Shown here: positions 47,712 through 60,045 of the stretch, in pieces
How positions within the stretch are numbered: the first letter of the stretch is position 1
Layout of the letters: each line of letters begins with the position of its first letter
NCBI GenBank assembly: GCA_043228905.1
Contig: JBHGNT010000007.1
Location: forward strand, 1,426,001 to 1,490,000
Reading direction: 5' to 3'
DNA length: 64,000 nucleotides
Origin: Azolla caroliniana
Taxonomy: Eukaryota > Plantae > Polypodiophyta
Position numbers and translations under genes: made by a program
Notes under the pieces: generated by a model
Databases searched by the model: none
Told to the model about the DNA's origin: nothing
What the model saw: the letters and a program-made list of their open reading frames with translations, nothing else

Positions 47712-50700
47712 TTTGTTGTCAAATATATATATACATATGTTCAAGCATAGTTTTAAAAAGTTAGCATAATAGTGGGTTGGAAAATGTGGTCATGGGAAAC
47801 GTTTAAAGAACATATGTCAAAATCACATGATGGATCAAGACTTTCTCATCAATTGTACATATATACATATATTTATTTAAGCAATGGTCCCAAACATGTT
47901 GATGCAAAACCTTAGAATATCTCATCCAAATCATATGAGTTGTTCTCTCTTATCTCATGAAGAACATGCTCCACCAGGAGGACATTATTGATTGGATGTT
48001 TGTGCCTAATCTTTTTCGAAAAGGAATCATTGCTAAGGGAATAACACGCTCTTGAAAGCCAATATAAGAGTATGTTGTGTAATGTCTAATACAAGTATGG
48101 CGTTATTTATGTGATGTCTGATACAAGTATGACCGACAAGATTTACATGAATGTTGACACAATTCAGGTTGACTAACATATTATTGGGTGGGAAAAGTTT
48201 GCATATTGTTACTTTCATGTTGGCATGTATCGTCACCTCTTTGTCTATTATGCAAGATGACTTTTTAAAGTTACCATGGTTTGATACATCTGTGTTAAGC
48301 TTAAGTCATTCAAATCTATATCAACACAATATATAGTCAAAGGATGTACTACTTGAGGGTATGACTTCCGTATTTATTTATCGAAGATTCTTTTGTACCA
48401 CTTTTTGATGTTGTTATTGGATATTCATAATGCAAAATGAGTATTTAATCTTCCAAAGCATTATACATTATACACTAGAGTTGTTCTATAATTGAATATT
48501 GAAATTTATATTATCACAAAGAAATATTCAACCATTTATCATACTTCATCTCATCTTGATGCTTCTAATGCTTCCAACAAAAGCATCATGGTTTTATGAT
48601 ACCTTATGCTTCCTAAAAAAGTGAAAAACTAAAAAGACCATAATATATCTCTAAGACGATATGACAAAAACGTCTCCTATTCTCAACGTGTGAAATGGGT
48701 ATTGGGTCATTAGTTTGCCTATCTACTTCATTTTTTTCACTTAACTTTGTTCCTTTATTTCTACTCAAAAGATCTTATACAAGAGTTATAGTAATTTTGT
48801 AACATATGATATAATTGTTGTTTTGCTACTAAATTATCTATTTGAAATAACCTTGTTGAATAATGTTATTATCTTCCTCGTCATGCTATTAATATGAGAT
48901 TTTGGGCTAGATGGTTCACTTTCAAAAGGAATGTTACATCTACCAATATAATCTTATATAGGACTCAAAATATTAAAAATACATCAAAACTACACTGCTG
49001 ATTAATCTACTTCACATTATTAATAGCATATTATTTAAACAACATGACAATACACAAAACCCTTGATATCCATACAACATCAACTATGAGAGTTTATGGC
49101 AAGGTAATCCTTTGAGTGTTTAAAGATTGATTGACATAATGGCAATCATGAGAATGTACTATAGAGTTTACTTGCGAGAATTCCCAAACCAACTCTACTT
49201 TCAGCCTAGATAGTCATGATATTGTAAGGAGACCATCAAATAATCATTTTTCATGCTCCAATTGTACCCCAATACTTGAGGTGGTCAAATGATACCTTAT
49301 ATATATAATGGGGAGAATAAAACTCTTACTCTAGATGGAAGACCCATTGAATGGATTGTAAGATAGCAATGGCTTTAGAAATCAGGCATGTAAGGAATCT
49401 ATACCTATCATCTACATAGAAGATCCACTAAAAGAGTGACCAAAATTTCCTACTTGAACGATTTTAGAAATTAGGCATGAGGCCATATGGGTATTATATT
49501 TGTAGGTACAAAGATAGTTGCCAGATGGGAAAGGTAGTCGCATGAAATAGGGTTCTAGGTTACATCTTTCTAGCTATAGACATGCACCACGTGTAAACTA
49601 AAGCAATGTGATTGACTACATGGTATCAATTGAGCAAATTCATGCAAATTTTTGGCCCTAGTACTCTTTCATATACACCACCCCTCATTACTATTTGTGA
49701 TCTTTAAGCCACTCTTTCCTATTGTAAATTTGTTTTGTGTCTATTGCATGTGTTGTATTTTAGCATGTTTGAAAGTGTTAAAGAGGGATTTGGCAAGGAT
49801 GCATTAGTTGTGAAAAGAAGAAAGATGAAATTGTGGGAATGAGAAGACATATTGAGCAAGAACATGTACAAATATAAAACAAAATAAGTAGACAATCAGC
49901 TAAATCTAACATAGAACCATATATTGTATGAATGCATAACTCTTTAGAGACTTAAAAAAAAACCTCGATAGCATCAATTCATCACATAATCAGTCATGTT
50001 TCTGTGCTAAAAAAAGGCCTAATATGTGAGCAAATATAAGATGTTAGGTAGAACGAAACAAATTGTTATCATAAGAATTTTACAAGGGTGTGGGTTACAG
50101 AACATTGCCCTTAGTGAGTGAGATGTAGCTTACATATATTTATGAGATCACATGCATTTGGAGACGATCTAAAAGTATAAATGACATGATAATTATGTAA
50201 AGCATCTAGGCATATCTTTTATTTTAAAAAACGGACAAGGTTGCACAAAAATCATTGTGGGGCTATGTATATAATCTTTACTTGTCAATCTACTTATATT
50301 GTCCCACCTTCTAGGATTGATCACCAAACGTTCTAATCATTTCCCTATATAAAAATAAAATAGCTCAATCTATACTATTAACAAATTCATTCAAGCCAAG
50401 ATTCTAGTTTTAGACACTCTTATTGCAATAAAATTGTTAAACTGTCTTGCAAGTATGTACATGATCTGGATAAGACTAGTATTATTGCTAAAGGCCACAA
50501 AAAAGTAACAATATTTAGCAAATACAAAAGCACACAGTTGTATTACAATTCATCATAGCTATGCTGGAGGAGTAGCTCAACATCTTGATAGAAGTATTTT
50601 ATTCCTAATGAAAGAAAGTTAATTGAAGCTTCAATGCAAGTGTTATGTGTACATCTATCAATGCAAGTGAAACTTCACTTGCTATTACATCTAGATGCAG

Positions 50701-50987
50701 TCATTTACATTAACTCATAGACAAACAAGTTATGCAACAAAACAGAAGCCCAGCAAATCCACCTATCTCCAAATAATATAAATCATGTCTCAAAAAATAT
50801 TACAAAAAAAAAACTTCAGAGGAAAATCCTTTGTATGTTTAGTACAACTTCTATCTCCACAAAACAGTTAATGCCTCTGGATACTTGTGACAAGGAACGG
50901 TGAACAAAAACGCCATTTCCATGGGATGTACGGTGCCCAACAATAAGATTTCTATTCTAAAGGCAATCTTGAGTCTGATCGGCTGTT

Positions 50988-51148
50988 TCAATATATCTTA
51001 GTGCATGTTGATTCCCCTCAATATATCTCAACATATCTTGATTTATGTCAATATATCTCGGCATATCATGATTCATCTCAATATATGTCACCATACCATG
51101 ATTTGTCACAATATATATTAAAATAACATTGATTCTTCTCAATATATA
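50988..51148. repeat. 30-bp degenerate minisatellite in the DnaJ 3' region
   Basis: (T/A)CAATATAT anchors at 50988, 51018, 51048, 51078, 51108 and 51139. Confidence 0.9.
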
Positions 51149-51225
51149 GATCTTCATCTGGCAATGTACTTCAATTCGACATTCCAATGTGCTAAAAAGA
51201 GGAACTACACTATATAATGAATGGA

Positions 51226-53446
51226 TCAAGGTGAATCTCCATTCAGAACTCTCTTGATCATAGATCTTTGCTCCGGAGACAATCTCGTTGGGAATTTCAC
51301 ATCAAACTTTAGCCTGAGATTTCCTTTCTTCCCAGGGTCTTTGGCAATAGGCATGCCTTCATTGGGAATGATCTTTTCATAGCCAGGATATATAAGCTCG
51401 GGACATGTTATAGTGAGTATCTTTCCACTCAAATGAGGAATAGATATTGATGTACCCCCTAAGGCATCCGCTAATGAAATTTTTTGAAATACTATTAGAT
51501 CATTACCATCCCTTTTGAATAAATCGTGTGATTTCTCATCAACCACAAACACTAAATCTGCTGGTATAATACCTGGCTTCTCGTTTCCTTTCTCAGGAAA
51601 TGTTATCTTCGTCCCCTTCTTCCACCCTGGTTTTATATTGATGGTCAGAACCTCTTCAAGAATAGACATCTTCCTGTTTTACACACAAAACAAGTATTAA
51701 AAAGTGCACTGGCCCAAGCTTCCAATCAAAGTCAATGGCATACATACTCACCCACCAACACCCAATATATTGCGAGATATCCGCATCTTTCTTGCAGAGC
51801 CATTATAAAGCTCCTCAAGACTGCAAGGAAGTTTGTTCTCAATGGGAGGTTCCTTCCTTATGCCACTTGAACTTCCTTCATGGAAATTTCCGAACGCATT
51901 ACCAGGTCCATCATTGTATGACGAATGCATAGACTTGTTTTGGTTAGCATAAGTGGTATTTTTAGCCCCAGGGAATGGACTCGAGGAACCAAAAACTTCA
52001 GAGAAAACATCTTCTGCATTCCTTGGATTATATTTGTACTTATTGTTATTTTGTCCATTTCCATTTGATTCTGCATGAACTGGCATGTCTTTTAACCCCT
52101 CCTCTCCATATCTATCATAGATGGATCGCTTGTGGGGATCACTCAGAACCTACAAAAGTGATCGAGTTATGCCTAGCTCCATAAACCAACTTTTCATAGT
52201 TATTTACACTTTACACTCAAGAAAATCATGCACAAAAGTTCATTCGTCCAAATTAATGTTTAGTTTCTTTCATTTATTTGGAACAATTAGAAAACTTGAA
52301 TGCTTACAAACGGTGATGTGCTGGAGATATCCAATCAAAGAAATTTATGTAGCCATCTTTTTGAAAGATATAAAACGGAAACAGCAAAAAAGGAACTTAT
52401 TTGGAAGTTGAATCCTTTCAATTACATGCTTAATTTAAATCATTTACTTCAAATTCGTAACTTTAAATGCTTATTAAACACGAATATACAGAAGATATTC
52501 TGTCAATGGAACGTATAGTAGAATGGGAAACAGTACAAAAGATCTCATTGTTTGACATTTGTATTGGAATGGCAAAAAGAGAAATAAAAAACAAAGATCA
52601 TTTATTTTGGAATGAAATAAATAGAAACTAGAAGAGAATAATCAGCTCCATACACAGATCTAGCATAATCAGCTCCGTTTCACAGATCTCACATAATCAG
52701 TTCATTGTTCCAGAAACATAATCAGCAGTTTACACAATTACTGTGGAAAAAAGGGCTTGAAATTTCAACATTCAGAACGAATAGTTTAGATGATGTCTAC
52801 GCTTTCTCTCAAGCCATGAACTCCATTTAGCATTCAAGAGAATTTTGGATTGAGACAAACTCAAAAAAACGCATCTTTGAGATGTGGAAGATGATGAAGT
52901 TCTTTAGAGAAATCATTAGCTCTATTTCACAGCCTTAGCAAGGAAAAATTAATGTTAAAAACTCCAGATTACGATGCATGCAGCCTTCTATCCTCACCTT
53001 TCAAACTCTCTTCAGCAATCACATTTTACAGAAAGATAGAATAGAAAATGGCCGAAAGCATACGTCCAACACACCATAGAGAATAAAAAAAAATGGGGAG
53101 AGAGAGAGATAGAAAGAAAACGAAGAAGAAGGCATTCACTGTGCATTCTTATACCGGATCATCCAATAAACCATGTATCATCATGTTTATAAATAAAGCT
53201 GGAGTGGGGATTGGCGAAAGGAAATATCGAATATATGGCCTACAGGCCTTGAAAAACAAATGAAAGGATAGAACTGAGTACCTCATATGCTTCTGAGATC
53301 TGTTTAAAGTGAGCTTCTGCTTCCTTCTTGTTCCCAGGATTCTTGTCCGGATGCCATTTCATAGCCATTCTCCTGTAAGCTCGTTTGAGGTCATCTTCTG
53401 ACGCATTTTTTCCGACTTTCAAAACGCTGTAATAATCTGCACTCAT
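51226..53446 (-). CDS. Type II DnaJ/Hsp40 (DNAJB-like) co-chaperone; 3 coding exons, 336 aa
   Basis: Exons 53446-53282, 52149-51752, 51673-51226 (1011 nt). J-domain with HPD, G/F-like linker, C-terminal domain ([32 protein letters not shown]), no zinc finger. Confidence 0.96.
52637..52730. repeat. ~27-bp tandem repeat in DnaJ intron 1
   Basis: ATAATCAGCTCC....CACAGATCT x3-4. Confidence 0.75.
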
Positions 53447-54383
53447 TTCCTGCTCTTTCTAATCACAATTTCCTTCTTCCAAGCATAACGATGATAACAA
53501 CTATTTGAAGCAATCGCAGAATGAATGAGGAAGCCCCTGAAGAATCTCAGAAATCGAGAAGAAATAGCTGAAGATAGTTGGACGAATATGTAGGAAATAT
53601 TGATTAGAAAGCAGGAATTAGCACTAGGAAATGCAGACACCGTGAAGATAGGGATGTAGATCCGCTGAGAAGAAGAAGAAGGAGAAGGAGAAATTAAGCA
53701 GATCGATCAAATCGGGACGTTTGAGCGATGAGTGGAGAAAACGAGACGAAACTAGCAGCGATGAAGGATATGTCGCCGATCTTCAACACCGAGGGAACAA
53801 CAGAGGAAGGAAAAAACGTTAAGAATCGGATGGTATATCAAAGAAAAGGACGTCTGCAGATTGAGAAGGAGCTGCGGCCGATGGAGTAAAAAGGAAGAGC
53901 TGGCGATGGCGGGAGAAGGTGGAAGCAACGAAAGGGAGGAGATATGGAAAGGCAAGAGGCGTTTCTGCTGATCGGGAAGAAACGAAGGGAGAAACGGCCG
54001 CTCTGATCGTCTCCAGTCGGAGAGGAGGAGGAGGAGGAGGAGGAGGAAAGACAGAAGGAAACGCCTGGCGATGGAGAAGAAACGGCCGTGAAGATCAAAG
54101 GCTGAGACAGAGACAGATCGATTGAAGGCAGAGACAGAAGCAACAGAAGAGAGAGAAGTAAGAGCGAGAAGTAAGAGAGAGAAAGAGAGAGAGAGAGAGA
54201 GAAGTGGTCTTTGAATGAATGAGAGTTGAAAGTCTTCTTGGAAACGAAGAAGAGAGAGAGAGAGAGAGAGAGAGAGGAAACGGGAGGGTGTGTGGAAGAA
54301 ACGGCAAAGGCTGAGCTATTTTGTGAGAAACCCTAGAAGCGGACAAGGAGGAGAAGTCTTGTGAAGAGAATGAATGACTTTGT

Positions 54384-54414
54384 GGGCATTGGGCATTGGG
54401 CATTGGGCATTGGG
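54384..54414 (+). promoter_or_regulatory. (GGGCATT)4GGG G-quadruplex-forming motif upstream of DnaJ; telo-box AAACCCTA nearby at 54328-54335
   Basis: Five G3 tracts with 4-nt loops are directly visible. A regulatory role is inferred only from position. Confidence 0.45.
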
Positions 54415-54518
54415 CACCGGCCACTGGCCACATGACTGATATATCCCGATCTATTATTCTCCATTGCCATCTATTCTCTCGTACGTAGGGCAAGGGTGAG
54501 ACTTAGTGTGGTCCGGAG

Positions 54519-54519
<1 letters not shown>

Positions 54520-54613
<94 letters not shown>
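54520..54613. repeat. Long (GT)n microsatellite
   Basis: Directly visible. Further AG/GT tracts at 54771-54836 and 55274-55307. Confidence 0.97.
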
Positions 54614-54616
<3 letters not shown>

Positions 54617-54782
54617 AATCCGTTGTTGGTCTGGAACCTATGGGATTTCATGGAGACCTGCACACGGCCAGAGTTTCATGCATTTTGATTCAACATGAGA
54701 TTGGAACCCCCCCAATGCATCACCCCAATAAAACCCATGGCTCGTCCTTCGGCTATTGTAGATCCCTAACAGAGAGAGAGAG

Positions 54783-54836
<54 letters not shown>

Positions 54837-54903
54837 GCTTCGTTGTCTTCAAAGGTCAAACACGATGCAGAGGTGAATGTCACCCACCTACTTTTTGAAA
54901 TGT

Positions 54904-55121
54904 TATTATTACACCGCTTGCTTCTGCGGTAAGCGAGAGTGTCCCTGCGGTAAGCGAGAGTGTCCCTGCGGTAAGCGAGAGTGTCCCTGCGGTAAGCGAG
55001 AGTAGATGAACTCTATCTACAAGATTGTGTATGTCTATGTGTTTGTATGTGTGTGGTCATGGTCAAGAAAGTGGTCTTGATAGCAAGTTGGTGCACTCTC
55101 TTAGGAGTCGCTAATTGTTTT
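54904..55121 (+). mobile_element. Putative non-autonomous Helentron-like (HINE/DINE-1-like) element with an internal 21-bp tandem repeat
   Basis: TTAT start, subTIR TACACCGCTTGCT (54910-54922), nearby inverted-repeat-like GTAAGCGAGAGT amplified as CTGCGGTAAGCGAGAGTGTCC x3.8 (54924-55003), GTAT/GTCT microsatellite, 3' subTIR-like AGCAAGTTGGTGCA (55082-55095), hairpin GCACTCTCTTAGGAGTCGC, then CTAATTGTTTT. The tandem repeat is certain; the element class is inferred. Confidence 0.5.
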
Positions 55122-55272
55122 CCATGAGCTCTTCTAAGGTCGACAAGGAAAGGAGGTATGCCTTCCTAGGTCATGGCTCTCGACTTCCTTATGTGACTTT
55201 TCTTTTACTCTTCCTAGAGTTAGGCCACCTTAGAAATCAATTTAGAAGGATCTTTATAAAGTGAATATAAAG

Positions 55273-55309
<37 letters not shown>

Positions 55310-55334
55310 TCAGACACACACACAGACTTCTTCT

Positions 55335-55826
55335 TTTTCTGTACAACAATTGAGGAAGATGACACACATAGGTTGATTATATGCCCACTTGCTAAAGCCA
55401 TTTGGGTTTTTATATCACAAATTTGGACATCTTTAACAAGCAACGGTTTGTCACCTTTTAAATGGGTTTTCATTGATGGTACTAGATGTCTACCCACCCC
55501 ATCATATCAGGTGGTGTTTGACTATCTACAGTATTGGCAGAGGTGGTATAATTGGAGCATGAGTAATGGGTTCATGTTTGATGGACTTTGTGATGTTCCA
55601 CAACAATGTCTTTGACTAAAAGGAACGTTGATTTGGCAAATTTTTTAACTATATTGTCTAGGAATGTTGTCCTAATAAGAGGAAGATTTATATAATCTAG
55701 TATTACAATACTTGAGAGGGTTTACCTTGCCATATCACTATTTTAATGAAGTAGTTGAGATTGCAAGATTTTGTTTTATCGTCTCATTTTAATACAAACA
55801 TAGATTTGCTAGAAGGCAAAAAAAAT
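55335..55826 (+). mobile_element. Decayed L1-like LINE 3' fragment (zf-RVT-like)
   Basis: FCTTIEEDDTHRLIICPLAKAIW...WYNWSMSNGFMF, then a short poly-A at ~55818. Confidence 0.65.
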
Positions 55827-57965
55827 GGAGAGACTCCGTTTACATCCTAATTGGTGGTTTCACTCCTTGGTTAGGGTAATGTAAAGCAAATAGTAATTAT
55901 AGACCATACTATTACTACATATTATGTATATACCATTGGAAACCGAAATACAAGAACCCTAAGCTTTTGGAGTGGTTCTCCACACACTACTACATTTCCC
56001 CTTCATTCATAAATTTTGCCCCAATTCTACTGTTGACCCCCCTACACTTCTCACGAAGTCTAATACCATCTTGAATTAGCTTCTTAAAGCAATCAAATGT
56101 GTACCCCACTAGGTACATGATGCGTCAACATAGGACACAAGGGTTTTTTGGGTTCCCGATTCGGCTTTGGAAAAGCATAGGAGAAGAGACAACATATGGG
56201 GCTAGATAGCCTTTGTTTACAATTGGAAGTTATTATGACTGATACTAAGGACAAACAAGTAATCAAAAGATTACAGGAAAAGAATGGTTTCATGATGCTT
56301 CACCATGGTGACACCCATGAGCATAAGACAAGACAAAGATGAAACCCTACCAGTGTCCCCTACCATTGAACTATGGCATTGTGTTATACCATGGATGTCA
56401 ACCAACTATAAATCCAAAATTTGAGAGCTTTACCTCACCAACACAGTCATAACAACACCCTTGAGTTTTCATGTATAAAAGGGTGGCCAATCCCCTTTTT
56501 ATAGTTGAACGTTTTAGGCCCCGAGATCACCACAAGTTCCCCGAGATCCCCTTTTGTTTAGGTCCTTATGAGTTTTTAGCATAAGTACATTGTACAATGT
56601 ATGCATGGAAGTTGTTTTAATGTAATGTATGCTACTATTTTGAACTCATGGATGGTAAATTGCAATATATATTCAAAGGGTGCAAGTAAGCTTCAGTTTT
56701 TGTTTAAAACAATACAAACCAATAGCTTCAAAGCTTATGAAATGTCATATGTTCATAGGAATGTGGAAGAAATCATTTTTCTTTTCCATTGTAAGTGATC
56801 GATGTTGATGTTGCTTATGACCATTTTCCAAGCCCAAGTGTTAATAGTCACCAAACAATTGCTTTTCAAGTTTGGGAAAGTTTAGATTTTTTTCACAAAT
56901 GAGGTTTTTGTTTCAACAAACTCTAAATTTTCACCCAATTTCTTAAGACAATTGTAGTTGTATTCATAAAAAAATAAGGTAATTATATAAGCAGTTGAAA
57001 GGTTGGCCAATACTGACATAATTATAACATGTACTCATAAGCTATAGATTTATTTAATCATTTATACAATATTATTAGCATGAGTTTCGTAAGATATAGA
57101 TTATGTAAATCGTCTATATTGTACGAGTTCTTATATGCACAGATCTTGTGGAGCATTTTACTATGATGTGTGTGGTGGGATGGGCCCATGGGCAAGAGAC
57201 AAGCTCTACATACACCAATTGCGTGTAAGGAAAAGCAAGCCCTCACACTATTTTAGAAAGCATGTGAGAGAGAAAGAGACAAGTTCTACAAACACCAATC
57301 GTGTTTTAATTAACACAAGAGATAACTCTAACATAAAGGTTCGATCGACTTGGATGCTATGTATAGTGTGAATAGTAAGAACATGTTGCCTCACCACTAT
57401 CGGCGCAAACAATGACCCAATTACAAGAAGTGGACCACATTATACAATAATGGAGGCCTTATAGTTATTTATTCTAATTTGATAATGTTATTAAACCTTA
57501 CATGGTAACCTTAAACATTTCGTATTTTGCAACATTGACCATTATAGAATTAAATATCCAGCATCAATATAAAAACAAACATATGGAAATTTGTAGGTTG
57601 AATCCTATAGCCCCTACATATAGATAGAGACAACTACATTCTACGATGATGTTCACTTTGGATCTTGCAATAAAGGAGCTTACCACGTACTCTCTAATTT
57701 TACACGCAACATACCTCTTTTATTTGTAGTGAGAGAAACAAAATCGTCCAAAATCTTTTCATATTGGATGATGCAAACAATCATAACCAATAGGAGATAT
57801 GTTTACCATGTTAGTTCGTGGGTCGTAAGGGAGGTTTCCCACTTTTGGTGGTTGGCTCCAATTGACAATTATGAGGATATACATAATAGGGAAAGCTAAT
57901 TCCTCCACAGGGACGGAGAGTATATGCAAGTTGCGCTTCCAATGTTAGTGCCACCTCCTCTGCAT

Positions 57966-58300
57966 GCACATAATTAACATTTCATTAAATTGGTAAGTTT
58001 GTCTTCCAATTTTGATGCCACATAGCTCTATAGGAGACCTTAATGATACTACCATCGGACATAACTATACAATGGGTTACTTATCACTCAAGTATGTAGG
58101 CACATAATTAACTATTCATTCAATTGGAGAGACACACACTATACGTAAGTTTCTCTTCCAATTTTGATGCCACATAGCTCTATAGGAGACCGTAATGAAA
58201 CTACCATCAAACATAACTTCACAATGGATTGTTTATCACTCACACAAATGGACACATAATTAAACTTTAATGAACACTTCATTAAAATGGGAGTAACACA
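57966..58300. repeat. ~150-bp diverged tandem duplication
   Basis: GTAAGTTT(G/C)TCTTCCAATTTTGATGCCACATAGCTCTATAGGAGACC at ~57993 and ~58145, with GCACATAATTAA-like anchors. Confidence 0.85.
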
Positions 58301-59901
58301 CGTTATATGATCATGACACACTCAATTCTCTATGCCTTCTTCATGCACATTCAAACAAGGGTTCTCACAACCTAGGATGGCATTCAATCATTGCTTGCCC
58401 TTCAAGAAGTACATGCTTTTCCTCATGATTCGCACACAACCCATAGTTGGGCCCTCCATAACACTTATGTCTAGGTACTATCTATTTATTTAAAATTACA
58501 TCTTCTTCTTGGGTTTCACATGTCCTTTACCAAATGCCAACACGCCACAATGCAAATTATATAAAATCCAAAATGATATTATGATATTTGCAATTATAAT
58601 TAGGATTCCAACCCTTCTTGAAGAAGGTTGGTCATCTTGCAAATAGATTTTGTTTACCGTGTTGCAAAATCCTTGAGTCCAATTGAGCAAAAGATCACTA
58701 CTATTGTGCAAGATCTTGCACTTACCATGATAGAAAAATGTTCAAATACTTTAAAGCCACTTGCAAACCCAAACTTTAAAACTTGTGCGACATGTTGCAC
58801 CTACTATTTAACAAAGCAAATTGTAAAAACATTGCATCGACTTGAGACAACTTTTCATGGTCAAATGTTCCATTCCACTTGTAAAAGCGTTTCATCCCCC
58901 TTGAGAAACATATTTGGGGCATTTCCACTTGTTCAATTGCTATGGTAGGTTGCATCTTTATGCACCCAAGAGGAAACTCAATTGTTTCCCTTAAAACAAC
59001 TCAATTGTTGTAATAGGTTGTATATCTATGTGCTCAAAAGGGAACTTGAATGTAAACAACTTAATATCTCACAATTAAGTTGCCCATTTAATTAGTGTAA
59101 CACATACATGGTAGGTTGCAAATCCACATGTTTGAGCGCAATGGGAAACTTGTGGGCAAAGAAGCTAGCCTATTAATGACACACACGTAACCCAAAGCAT
59201 ACAAGAGGAACACAATCATTGTATTGTCTCAGATTTCATGACCTACACAACCAGTCTCTAAAACATATCAGCCACAAAGAGAACCCTTTGTTTAACTAGT
59301 TAGAATCTAAGGTCTTGTTCATTGATCTCAAGAAAAAAACTCGTCTAATGCCAGACATGGGACTTTAGGCCCCATGAATTTGCGATCCAAAGTCTTGAGG
59401 AGCACTTCCACGTGATCATGCTAGCAGTAAGTTATATTTGACTTTCTTAGCTTCCACTAGCCATTGCATTGCATTTTCGGTATTGTATACTCAAACAGTC
59501 TCTTGTTTATCAATGATGCATGAAAAGTATTAATGTTTCCAAAACATACCAAATGTGGAATCAGGCCCCTCTCCAGAAGACCTATGGATTTGCAAACCAA
59601 AGACAAGGAATACTCCTTATGTAGGCATGCTTAAAAAATGTTTAATATCATACGAAGTTTTTACATTACTTGAGACTTCTGTTTTCTACTTGTGCAACAT
59701 ACCCTTTTAGTATTATTGTAACCTTTTGTTTACATATTTGGCTATGTAATGCGATGCCATCTATCTTTCCAGTGGAAAAAGAGAAGCATCTTGCCTCCAC
59801 AAATAAACTATTAAATAGTTCTATTCAATATTTATTCATAAAAATGAAAAAGAAAAACATTGGATGATATGGAAAATCTACAAATGATCTTAGGATAACC
59901 G

Positions 59902-60045
59902 CCACAGATCCCAAGTCATTTTTCCAAATCATATGTAAGAAGAGTTCTTTCAGAGTTTTAGGATAGCAGCTCCACAGATCCCAAGTCATTTTTCCAAATC
60001 ATATGTAAGAAGAGTTCTTTCAGAGTTTTAGGATAGCAGCTCCAC
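59902..60045. repeat. Perfect 70-bp tandem duplication spanning the galactokinase stop codon
   Basis: 59902-59971 is identical to 59972-60041, with CCAC repeated at the junctions. Confidence 0.97.

Noticed and set aside
54924-55003. 21-bp direct repeats as a CRISPR array
   Set aside because: Units are contiguous with no spacers, there are no cas genes, and the context is eukaryotic. The same applies to the 22-bp array at 14245-14402 and the 30-bp array at 50988-51148.
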